A stretch of 64,000 nucleotides of DNA from the human T2T-CHM13v2.0 reference genome, Homo sapiens: the NCBI RefSeq assembly GCF_009914755.1, contig NC_060934.1; one strand, 5' to 3'. Of this stretch, positions 1 to 12,379 are shown piece by piece (position 1 is the first letter of the stretch; each line of letters opens with the position of its first letter). The notes under the pieces were generated by a model that was given only the letters and a program-made list of their open reading frames with translations, was not told the DNA's origin and did not search any database. The position numbers and the translations under genes are program-made.

Positions 1-736
1 TGATGATGTTATGTTAGCAGGAGCCTCAGTTTGTCTCCGTAATGATCAGGTTTGGGTGCTTGGGCAAGTCCCATCACACTTGCCTGGTTAATTTGGGAAG
101 GTCAGTTCTGGCTCATGCTTTCTTCACTACCCATCTGTAGGAATAAGACGGAGACGAGATGGGTGCTATAATGAGTCTGCCTCATCTTCATCTCATGAAA
201 TCCTGTGAGGTAAGCACGGTTTTCTCCATTTTTGTAGCTGGAGAAACTACAGCTACAGCAAGTTACTTGCAGAGGCTAAGTAACTTGCCCAAGGTAATAG
301 GATTAGGAAGTACTGGAGTTGAGATAGATCCCAAGCCTCATGCTCTTTCCACTCACTCAGGAGGGATCTCAGTTTCTCAGGAGGGATCACCTACACATGA
401 ACTACTGGCATTGTTACCATGATCTCAGAAACAATGATATGGTACTGTTGTGATAATCTGTTCTTACTTAGTCAGATGGGACATCTTCTGAAATAGATTT
501 ATAGGCAGCAAAGGACAGGTTATTTTTGTGCAGAGGATATGAAGCAGGAGGGTTAGTGGGTCTCTATATGACTCATTCATCCATTCATTTATTCAACAAA
601 ATTCCTTGGCCTTTATGTGCTAGCCATTCTGGGGAGGGATAAAGATTTCTAAGCAAATAATTGCAATGCCTTTTATTCATTTATTAATAGTCAATTCACT
701 CACTCATTAATTCATTCTGAAAACATGTGGCATTTG

Positions 737-1043
<307 letters not shown>

Positions 1044-1555
1044 ATATATGACATTTAGTCCAAAATGGGTAATCAGTGTTCTTCTCATTGGAGACATGAA
1101 GATGAACATAGTCCCTGCCCTTGAGGAGATCTCACAGATCAATGGACAGTGCAGATAAACAATCACTACACTACTTGCAAAATGCTACAATATTCACATG
1201 CACAGGATATTATGGGAGCAGGGAGCAAGGAAGGAGGCATAGTACAGAGAAAGCTCCCAGGCAGAGGTGATATCCATGTTGAAGGTTTGGGGAGGGAAAA
1301 AAAGAGAGAAGGTTTAGACAGACAGAACAGTGTGTGTGTGGGATGGGGGGAAAAGCATTGAAGGGGTACCTGAGTGTGTGTAAAGGGAAAACTTCAAGCA
1401 GGTCATCACTTCTGGAGGGTAAATATCAAGGCAAATGAGGCATTGTGAGAAAGAGACTGGTGTGGCAGGACTCTGGCCATAAGCATACCTGACTTTTGAT
1501 GATGAAAACAAATAATAATAGCATATGTAATCCAATTTAATCCAGACCACGATGC

Positions 1556-1900
1556 TGTGGTAGAGTCTGCCCACTGCCTGCCAGAATACATTCTTCACGT
1601 CTTCTAGGCACATAGTCGCTCTTCCAGCTAGATGAGGCCACGTGATCATATTCTTTTTGTGAAATGTGAGCAGAGGTGATGTGTGCTACTTCTGAGCATA
1701 AGTTTTAAGGCTGTGGGTAAGCCTCCTCCATGCCTTATTTCCCCTTTCCCCTGGCTGGAACTTATGGCAATGAAACTTCAACCATTTGGTTGGCAAGGAT
1801 CTGGGAGCTGGTGGAGGAAGAAGATGAAAGGATCCTAGTCCCAGAATGATGTCATGGAGCAGAGGTTCCCACCCACCTGGAATACTCACCTCAGATTGAA
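1556..1900 (+). mobile_element. Old MaLR LTR fragment (MLT1-type)
   Basis: Resembles the MLT1 consensus; degraded. Confidence 0.45.
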
Positions 1901-2250
1901 TTATTAGAGAGTCTCTCCTACAGCAACCAAGCTTTAAGCTTACTAGAACCCTAAAAAGTAATATTGCTATCCCCATTTTATGGATAAAGAAATGGAAAGA
2001 AAGATTAAGGAATTTGTGCATGTTTATACTGATTGTTAGTGAACCAGCTGGAAATTGAGCCCAGATTCATATAAATTCACAGCTCACACTATAAAATTAT
2101 TCCTAGTTAGAACATCAGCTTTATCCTATGCAATGATGGGAAACCATTTGAAGATTAAACAGGAGAGTTACAATGTTATATTCACATATTAGATGGGAAC
2201 TCTGGCTGCTGCATGGAGGGTACAATGATGAGTGTCAAGATTAGAGGTGG

Positions 2251-2553
<303 letters not shown>

Positions 2554-3010
2554 GGACTAGAGGTAGAGAGATCAGTTAGGTATTCTCTGCAGATAAGGGA
2601 TAAAAGCCTGAACTAGGGCAGTGGTCACAAGAAAGCAAAGAAGGAGCCATGTTCAACAAAAAACGAGAAAGAAAATCAGCAGGACTTGAGGGTTAACTAG
2701 ATATGGGTAGTGAGAGATCAAGATGAACCCCAGATTTCTAGTATGAGGGATGCTACTTAGTGAGATCAGGAAAAGGGGACAGCATTAGCTTGGGGAACCA
2801 GGAGAGGATTTCCATTTTGGACTTCTTATTTGGAGTGCCCTAGGGACATCTGAACATTTGATCTTAGAGCTCAGAAACGGTAAGTTTACCAGGAAGGGAT
2901 GGGTGACTCTTGGCCTTTCTCCTAGTTTACAATACACAGGGGTGCAGAGAAAATTCAAATTCATACAAAAGCCCTCTCCTCCCCAAAATGGGGGAGAATG
3001 AGAAGATTTC

Positions 3011-3297
3011 TTTTTTTTTTTTTTGAGACAGGGCCTCACTCTGTTGCCCAGGCTGTGGTACAGTGGTGCGATTTCGGCTCTCTGCAACCTCTACCTCCTG
3101 GGTTCAAGCAAGTCTCATGTCTCGGCCACCTGAGTAGCTGGGATTGCAGGTGTGTTCTACCATGGCTGGCTAATTTTTAAATTTTTAGTAGAGATGGGAT
3201 TTTGCTATGTTGGCCAGGCTAGTCTCAAGCTCCTGGCTTCAAGTGATCTGCCCACCTCGGCCTCCCAAAGTGCTGGCATGAGACACTGTGCCCAGCT
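3011..3297 (-). mobile_element. Alu
   Basis: Poly(T) followed by reverse Alu consensus. Confidence 0.9.
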
Positions 3298-4013
3298 GAG
3301 AAAGAGAAGAATTTGAGGCAAATAAAGAGCTAATTATAGTAAATACCACTTATGGAGGCTTAGAAGGCTGGATAAGCATGTTTAATCAGTACAATAGCCC
3401 AATTAAGTGGCTACTATTTATTGTCCCATCTTCATAAATGAGGAAAAGGGTTCTTAGGAGAGACAAGGAGGTTTAATTGAAAACCACTAGGTTGTGGCAG
3501 ACTGGAACTTGAACCTATGTCTGTGGGGTTCTAAAGTCATATCTTTTAACCACTCTAATCTCCTGTGTATGCATCTGGAGGACTTCCTTTGGGCTTTGTT
3601 CTTGGAATAACTAAAGCTTGTAACCCAAAGAATGAGAGTCCGGTTGAGGGCAAAGTTCCAAACCAGTTCTCCCAGCTAGGGCTGCCTCAGCTTAAATTTT
3701 AAAGGTTGTTCACCTCGGACCTCTCAGATGCTATCAGAAAGTCCTAAGCTAGTTACTTAATTCTAGCTCCATAATTTGTAAGGGTGGGAGCCCTAAGGTG
3801 CACAGAGAGAAGGGCAAGTCAGTTAGTAGCAACAGAGCCCTTGCTTTCCTTATCGCACTAGGGAAACCTGACAGTCCTCTGGGTCTGCATGTCCACAGGG
3901 GCCTCCCTAGGACTACGAACTGGAATCGTGGGCAGAGGGGGTTGATAGGTTGTTTCCAGTATGAGAACGCCTCACTCCCAGACGCATCTCTCGCGCTGGA
4001 TCTACGTGGTCAT

Positions 4014-4034
4014 TTCAGCACCATGGTCAGGGGC
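4014..4034 (+). promoter_or_regulatory. REST/NRSF binding element (RE1)
   Basis: TTCAGCACCATGGTCAGGGGC matches the consensus TTCAGCACCACGGACAGCGCC at 17/21 with canonical spacing. Confidence 0.75.
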
Positions 4035-4879
4035 GCGCAGCTGCATTTCGGGATCTCAGAGCAACTGCTAGACAGCCTTAGCTGGACAGGCGTCCGCTCC
4101 GTCGGCCTTGGCCCACAGATCCCAGAAGCAGAGACAGCAGACAGGAGACTGGAACTTCGTCAGGGGTCCAGGGAGGCCAAAGCTCAGGGACCCCTGGACC
4201 TTATAAGACCACAAGGACCCAGTTCTAGCCAAAGGACATATTACTATAGACTGATTCGCCATCTCCAGTACTCTTATCTATGGGCACAGAGGAAAGAGTT
4301 CCAAACTGCTAGCTTAGAACCAGGGTGTCAGTCCTAGTTTGTTGCAATAACTCGCCTAGTGATTGAGGGCCTTGGGCAAGTCATCTTCTCTCTTTCCATA
4401 GGTGTGACCACACTGCCTTGCACACCTCACTGGCTCTAGGAGGGTACCGGAAATAAAAAGTGTCTAGCCTCAAGTCATTTACTGCTCACTTGGCCCTTGG
4501 AAGGCAGAACAGCCAGGTAAGGTTAGCAGTGTCACCACCCCCCACCCCACCCCTCCACTCTCTCACACACTTTTGTTGAAATCTGTCTGCAGGGATTTTT
4601 AAAGGGGGCAGACGGAAAGCCTCACAGCAGAGAGTATTCCTTACATAAATGTAATTACAATGTACCCAGCGGTTGTTCTGTGCCACATTCTCAGGTGAAT
4701 CCCCCATACCTTCCCCACACTGTCTCTAGTCTCAGGGTCTGAAGGGTTTTTTTCACCGCTTCCGGTCTTGAGGGGACTGTGACGCCGTTCACCTTGTGCC
4801 AGCCTTGTGTTAGGCACCCAGAAACCCAGCGAAAGGATATTAGGAACTCTTTCCAACTTCTCTTGTGGATTAGCTGAGG

Positions 4880-5420
4880 CAAGGAGACTTGTCCAAGGTC
4901 ACACCGCTCGGTAGTCCGCGAGGGAGAGAAGGAACAGTATGCGCCTGTGGGGTCGCGTGCGCCCCGGGCCCCGCCTACCTTTGTGCCAGCCCAGCGGCCT
5001 GGCTCCCAGACATTAGCATTCCAATGGCCCCGGGACGCTTTTGTCCTCCGACTGAGGCCGGCTGGGGGTGGGGTGGGATGGGGGCAGGGCACCATAAATC
5101 TACCTGCTTGTGTGCCAGCGCGGCTTGACTGGAAGGAGGAGCAAGATTCATGTGCGGTTTTTCTGGAAGCCAGTCTTGGGCTCAGACAAAAGCAGAAGAA
5201 GGGGGGAGAGCCATTCGACGAGAGGGTCTTTCCTGCCCGGGTTTCGGACACTGTTGGAGTTTCAGGGAGCTTGGGCGCAGGCGGCGATCTCAAAGCGCAG
5301 CAGGCTCCGCAGAAGAGGCGGGCTCCGGGCAGAGACCGCTAGCAGCGCGGTTTAAAAAGCCCCAGGACTCAAAACGCCGCAAGAAGTGGAAGGCGGGGAC
5401 GGTGGTGCAGAGCTAGTTGG
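4880..5420. other. Downstream CpG-rich island
   Basis: Dense CpGs in non-repeat DNA, with a G-run cluster at 5064-5088. Confidence 0.6.
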
Positions 5421-7484
5421 ACAGGCCACCCCTAGAAATGTTTCCGAGCCCTTCTTGCTCAGGGGTTCTTTGGAAAGAGGCATGGACGAGGTTTCCCACT
5501 CCAGCGTGATTCCACACACTTAGACGGAGCTCATCCAGCACGGAACCCTAAACTTTGCCTCCGTGATTCAAAGAAACCCTAAACCCTCCTCCGCCTTCTC
5601 CTGACTTGGAGAGTGGGGCTGACTGCTCCGGGGGTCTAATCCGCCCCAACCCAAGGTGGCGGCCTAGCAGCCGAGTTGGTTAACCCGTACGTGTGTGTTT
5701 TAATTTGTGGGGCGGAGGACCAGTCTGTGTGTGTTGGGTGACTAATGGCTCCTTAATGAGCGCCCTCAAAAGCAGGAGAGGGACTGGGCTGTGGGGGAGA
5801 ACGCAGCTCACCCGGTTGCCGCCTGGAGAACGTTAGCCCAACAAACGCCCCTCCAGCTTCTGGGGGTAGTTTGTACCCAGAGAGTCCCCTGCCTAGATGA
5901 TGAACAGTACTTCGCACAGCCTTACCCAGAAAGAAGAATCTTTCCACTTGAGGAATTCCTCTCCAAATCTTTAGTCCTGGCCCAAATGCCACCTTCTCCT
6001 GCAAGCTCCCGGCACTCCAGCCCCAAGGTGGCAGTTTGATGTTCCATCCTGTGGCTCATATCTCCCTCAACCACCAATATTTCTTAGGCCTTAAGTGATT
6101 TTGTCTATATCCTTGCTACTGTCCTGCCAGAATAGAGAGACCTTCTCGATTTTTGTGTCTGCCTACCCCCTACCCCTAACGCCCAGCAAATCACAGGTGT
6201 TTGCTTGGTTTGTGCAACTCCCAAGCTGCTGACACCTGTCCCCGGGCAGTGACCCAGGTGGAAAGTTGGCTATTGCAGAGGTCATCAATAACCCATTAAT
6301 CTCCTCCTCCCAGATTAAAGCCACAGAATGAAACAACACCTTCGTTCATTCGTTTGTTTGCCATGTCCCTCTTCCCGCCCTCAAATCCTGCCGCTGATAA
6401 CTGAGACAAGTCTCCTCTGAGCTAACTTTAGAGATTTGTGGTAGAGAAGAGGAAAATTTCCATTTGAATTGGGTAGGGCATAGGAGAGAAAGAGAGATGC
6501 AAGAGGCATTAACCCCTGAGAAGACACCACCTTTGCACTCTAATGTGCTGGAAAAGCAACCTCTCCACCAGTTCCTGGGGCCTGGCAGCACCGCGCCTGA
6601 CCTGGGTTGGCCCACTTCTTCCCAGGACACCCCTGGCCAATTCAAGGAGGCCTCTGTAGTTCAACTAGCAGGTAGGGTGCCCGTCCTTCACTTTCCTATT
6701 CCCAAGCAGCAGGCGAACTCTGGATCCTTACAGCTTAGACCATATTCTCTGAGGTCCTAGGGGTCCCTGAAGTCATGTAGTGGTGCTCTACTGGCACTCC
6801 TGGGACAGATTTCAGTGCTCATGCTGCACCAGTCCTATTCCACCTTGCCAGTAAGAGACATGGTGTGGCTGGAAACCTTGAACAGTTTCTTAATAAGTTT
6901 TCAATCAAGGCTGCCAGGTGATGAGGGAGGGGGCGTTGCTGGATATTCCAGCCAGACGCTCCACCTTCTTTGCTCCTGGCTGCTCAGTTCAAGGAGTTCA
7001 CGACACAGCCACCTCAGTGCCTGGGGAGTAAAATATGCTCAGGGGATTTGCTAGGCCTCTAAGCACCTTGGGAAAATTCCTAGGATGCCCAGCCCAGCCG
7101 TGTTTCCGAGGACTCTGACTCTGCAATTGAATTATTACTGTATCCCTTCCCCAAGTGCAACCAACAGTTGCTCTAAAGCTAGGCTGGTGGAGTTGGGGAA
7201 AGGGCCAGCAAGTGAGAGTCAGTTGTCCTAGTTGGAGGCTTGTCTTTCTTCTAAACCACTCTTTGAAATAAGAGGAGTCATTGCCCTATATAGAAAAAAG
7301 GGAGCTGGACCAATAATTACTTAGAAGACTTCCAGCTCTCCAAACCCAATCTGCCCTGGCTCTAGCCCAGACCTCCAGAAAGAGTGTCATCCCTCTCTTT
7401 GGACAGAAGTGCTCTTCCTCAGCTGTAGTGACTGTGGCCCTCCTCTCCCCAACACACAATGGAGTCATCTTGCCAAGGCTTCTT

Positions 7485-8396
7485 GAAGGTCCATTTTTTT
7501 TTATTGGCTTAAAATCTCATCCAGCAATCCCTAAATAATCTAATATACAAAATATAGGCTTTTCCCTGCTGTGAAATCTCATTAATAAATACAAATGTGT
7601 AAAACAGGGGAGGGGCCATATAATTTACTGTACCAAAATTGATTTCAAAAGGCATCATATAATTTACAAACAGATTTAAAAAAAAAAGATGCGCGGTGCT
7701 CCAGGCACCTGCAGCGCAGCTCACGTTTCAGGCGCAGTTCGCAGGGAGGCTGGGGAGATGCTCCCTGGCCGGGCTAGCGCTTTCCCAGTTCACAGCCTGG
7801 TCTTCCGCCCCGGGAGGGCAATGGCTCCGAAAAGTGCACGAGGAGAAGGCAGAGGGTCGCCTTCGTGGCTTTAAGGCAGAGTGAGGCGCCCTGAAATCCC
7901 GGACCTGATTGGGAGTAGAGCAGATCGGCAGCGTCTTTGGAGCAAGGCAAGGGGAGTAAGCGCTGAGAGACCAAACATTGGATTGAATCACATTGGAGGA
8001 GGGGTGGTAAGAGACTGAGAGGCAGACAGACTTGAGTGAGGGTAGGGCGACCCAAGACGGTGGGCGGCTCCGGCCGGGTAGTGCTACCATTCTAGTATTC
8101 TTTGAATGAGATTATGGGGTGGTGGCAGAGAGGAGGCCTAAAATGAGCGCACTTTGCAATGCCCACTTCGCGCGGGCAGCAGCAAGGGTTGCGTGCGTTG
8201 GCGCGGCTCGGAGGGCCGGGGAATGAACCCAGCCTGCCGCCCCCGTGGAGGCCTGGGCCGGCCAGGGGTCAGCCAGGGAGAAGCAGAAGGAACAAGTGCT
8301 TTTGAGGGCCGCCGCCGTCGGCCACCCTCTACGGCTCCCGGCTCCCTCCCTCTCCCTTACCCTTAGCACCCACAGCCCAGCGACAGACAGGTCCTT
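7485..8396 (-). other. NEUROG3: NEUROG3 3'UTR (end approximate)
   Basis: Follows the stop codon; the AU-rich distal part (7500-7690) ends at an AATAAA hexamer. Confidence 0.75.
7500..7505 (-). terminator. Polyadenylation signal AATAAA for NEUROG3
   Basis: tttatt on the plus strand; GT-rich sequence (TTGTGTGTTG) lies downstream on the minus strand. Confidence 0.8.
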
Positions 8397-9207
<811 letters not shown>

Positions 9208-9422
9208 CTTTCTACCGGCGCAAAAGAATAGAGAGCGATGAGCAGCGAGGGCCGTGGGGAGCTCAGCGGGCTTCTGGTCGCCAAGTTCAGCTGAGCTGCA
9301 GGCGCCCCCGCCTGGGAGTTGCCCCAGCCCCAAAGGAGAAAAGAAGAGAGAATGGGGTCCGAGGCCTCTGTCACGCTCTCTCTCGAGGCGCGGCGGTGAG
9401 ACCGCAGGGATTTCCTGAGCAG
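9208..9422 (-). other. NEUROG3: NEUROG3 non-coding exon 1 (start approximate)
   Basis: Lies between the splice donor and a point about 25-30 nt downstream of the GATAAA TATA-like box. Confidence 0.75.
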
Positions 9423-9640
9423 CAAGTCGTGTGCCCCTTGGCACGCTTTATCTGCTTCGCCCGGGCCAGGAGCGTGCCTGCCCGGCTGCTGCCCGCGCCA
9501 CCGGCCAATCAGCGCCGGGGCCCTGGGGCCGCGCCACGCGAGCCCGCTCCTCCCCCGCAGGGCACAGCTGGATTCCGGACAAAGGGCCGGGGTCGGGGGA
9601 GGGGAGCGCCGCTCTGTTTGCTCTCTCGAGGGCGGGCTGG
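9423..9640 (-). promoter_or_regulatory. NEUROG3 proximal promoter
   Basis: TATA-like GATAAA 9447-9452; HES/class-C-like CACGAC 9426-9431, CACGCT sites and CACGCG 9535-9540; CCAAT 9505-9509; E-box CAGCTG 9565-9570; SOX CTTTGT 9579-9584; FOXA TGTTTGC 9615-9621. Confidence 0.85.
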
Positions 9641-10297
9641 GTCCCAGCAACTCTCGGTTCCTCAAAGAGCCTCGCCCAGTGAGAAGAGCCTCGTGTGGCT
9701 CTGGTCAGGCCACCTCAGACGGCTTTGCTCCTAGCCTATCTTTCCTTAGCATCTGTCCTGGAGGGGACTTTGATGCCTCTAGGGTACAATGCCTGCACGT
9801 TACACATGGGGAAATTTAGGCTTAGTGAGGGAGGTGGCTTGTCTGAAATCGCACAGGAAGATAGTGGCAAAGACAACCACGAGCTCATTGTCCTGACTAG
9901 CAGCCTGGAGAAGGGTCCAGGAATTCTAAAGGACGCCCTGCTCTCCTGGTGTTTCACTGCCTCTCTTCATCCTGGAAGACAGGGGACATCACTGAGAGAG
10001 ATCCTGCCTATGTCCCTTCCATTCGCAGACCTTTTGGGGGTGTCCGAGCCTCTGCCACACCCTGAGATGCTACCTCACACTCCCCAGAGGCGCTTAGAAC
10101 CCCACCCCCATAGATCCCACTCCAGAGGCAGGGGTTGGCTGTGCGGGGACCCCTCAAGCGGACATTCCATTACTACAAGCCTACTACAGCTTGTAGATAG
10201 TATCCCAGCGTTCTGGCCAGGAACCGTGACAGGAAGAGTTCTGGGAAGTGTGAGGAGGGGAGGAAGGAACCAGGAGTTCACAGTGAGCTCTTGCTTC

Positions 10298-10590
10298 TTT
10301 TTTTTTTTAAACGAACAAACAAAACCAAAAAACGGTCTCCTTCTGTCGCCCAGGCTGGACTGCAGTGGTGCAATCACAGCTCACTGCAGCCTTGATCTCC
10401 TGGGCTCAAGCTATCCTCCCACTTCAGCCTTCCCAGTAGCTGAGACTACAGGCATGCGCCACTGTGCCCGGCTAATTTATTTGTATTTTTATTTTGTATG
10501 GGGTGAGGGGCGGTCTTGCTTTGTTGCCCAGGATGGTCTCGAACTCCTGGGCTCAAGCGTTCCTTTCACTTCAGTCTCCCAAGGCGCTGG
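10298..10590 (-). mobile_element. Alu (AluJ-like)
   Basis: Reverse Alu consensus (cccaggctggactgcagtgg...ctcccaaggcgctggg). Confidence 0.85.
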
Positions 10591-11765
10591 GAAGCAGAGC
10601 TGCTGTGCCCCTCCCCCTCGTGTCTTTTGAACTACCACAGCGTGCAGGCACTGGGAGAAGCTGATAAACTTTTTCTCCCCTTAGTCCTCCGGTCCAATCA
10701 CAGACAGACAGCAGCTGCCAGCAGTCACCTGCTCCAGCCCCCTGCCTCTGCATCACTCGGGCATCGCACAGAGAGCACAAGGCAGGGACTTCCCCAGCCC
10801 CTTGGGTTGTCCCTGGTAGCGCTCTCTGGAAACCTTTCCAAAGGGACTCTGAACTCATCATCCCTCCTTTCTTCCCCAGCCCCTCCTCTTGTCCCCGCCT
10901 GGGACATCCCGTGGTCTTCTGCTTCCGGTCACTCAGAGTGAGGGGTTGCAGCTTCCGCTTCTCTCTCTTGACCCGGTCGTGCCTGGAGGAAGACGCCGAG
11001 GCGGGAGGTTTAAGTATCCCGGTTTAAGTCTCCTTAGGCGAGGAAGGCTTCTCTTTCTAGCAGGTCCAGATATCCTGAGTCTCCCGGAAACTGCAGGAGG
11101 GGACAGGACCCGACTTCGAGACTGTAGGGTGGGGTGAGGGGATGAGGTAGGTCTGTGAGTCTGCCCTAGTGATAGCCTCTTACCGCCTAGGCTGCTTGGG
11201 GGCAAATTTTCCTCCAAGGAAGAGGGTGGTATGCTCAGGAACCAGCGAGAGGGGGGCTCTAGGACTGGGCGGGGGTGTGGCGCGGTCCTGCTGATCTTAG
11301 CTGGTGCTCTGTGAGCAGGCTCCTTCCCTTGCTGTGGGGAAATGAAGCCTGAGACCAGGGTCAGAACCAATAAAGGGACCATCTGGGACTGTCAGGTTAG
11401 CATTTTGCTGCAGCTGCTCCCTTAGGTCACCACTCACTAGGAGCTTGTCTTCTTCTCATAAGAATGGGAATTTGAGGCCTTCTTTAAAGATGAAAAAATC
11501 AAGGCCCAGAGAGGGGGAGTGACTCTCTCAAGGTCACACAGCAAGTTCTATCAGAACCACATAGAAGTCATATCTTAAGACTCCTAGCCCTAGATTTTCC
11601 CTTGCACCAGCTACTGCTCCTTGATTTGGGAGAAAACATTTTTTTTCAAGGCAAAACAAGAGACCCCAAAATGCAGAAAATAGAGGAAGTCCTGAGTCTG
11701 GGGGTCAGATTAGAAAAGAAATAATGGTCCCATTTTCTAGGCAAGGGGAACCACTGTCCATTCAA

Positions 11766-11900
11766 GCTGCTGCTGCTGCTGCTGCTTCCTCCTCCTCCTC
11801 CTCCTCCTCCTCCTCCTCCTCCTCCTCCTCCTCTTCTTCTTCTTCTTCTCCTCCTTCTTCTTCTTTCTCCTTCTCCTTCTCCTCCTCCTTCTCCTTCTTC
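11766..11900. repeat. Compound trinucleotide repeat (GCT)7-(TCC)n-(TTC)n with a polypyrimidine tail
   Basis: Read directly from the sequence. Confidence 0.95.
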
Positions 11901-12379
11901 ACACTTGTCTGCCTCATAGGCCAGCCTTGCCTGATTTATTTAACTGCAAGTTAGAAACTGGGAGAGAACCAACTTGGAGCTTTTTTGGTCTGGGAAAGAA
12001 AATCCAAACCATGCTTCTCTAGGGCCTCCTGACCTGGCTAAGCACCTTGGAGGGAACCCTGGCCACGAGGGATCCAAGCACCGCTCTGGTTTCCCAGAAG
12101 CCTGTGGATGACTCTCATCTGGCGGTGGACCTCAGATGGGGGTGAGTGGACCTCAGATAGGGGTAGGTCTCACTCTGGCTGGGGCCTGCCTGGAGCGGCT
12201 AATGGATACTGACAAGGTTCGCAGGGTGAGCTTCCCATGCCAGGAAAGACTCTGGGGATTCTTTCAAGCTTTCTTGATAGGTAGAGAATTCTGGGACCTG
12301 CTTGGAATTCTTATCCAGCCTCCCCCAAACCCCTCCGGCTCAGGGCCCTCCAGGGCTTGCAGTTCTCCATCACTCCTGC

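Noticed and set aside
5648-6035. Two CCAAGGTGGC CTCF-like motifs (~5651 and ~6023)
   Set aside because: Mismatches in the 5' core; cannot be supported without a PWM score or ChIP data
9695-10630. 311-aa plus-strand ORF upstream of the promoter
   Set aside because: GTG start, runs through an antisense Alu, no recognisable homology
11724-11954. Poly-Ala/poly-Ser ORF
   Set aside because: Translation of the compound microsatellite
12125-12166. 21-bp tandem duplication gtggacctcagat..., and a similar 13-bp pair at 356-388
   Set aside because: Ordinary two-copy slippage with no array or spacer structure, so not CRISPR-like
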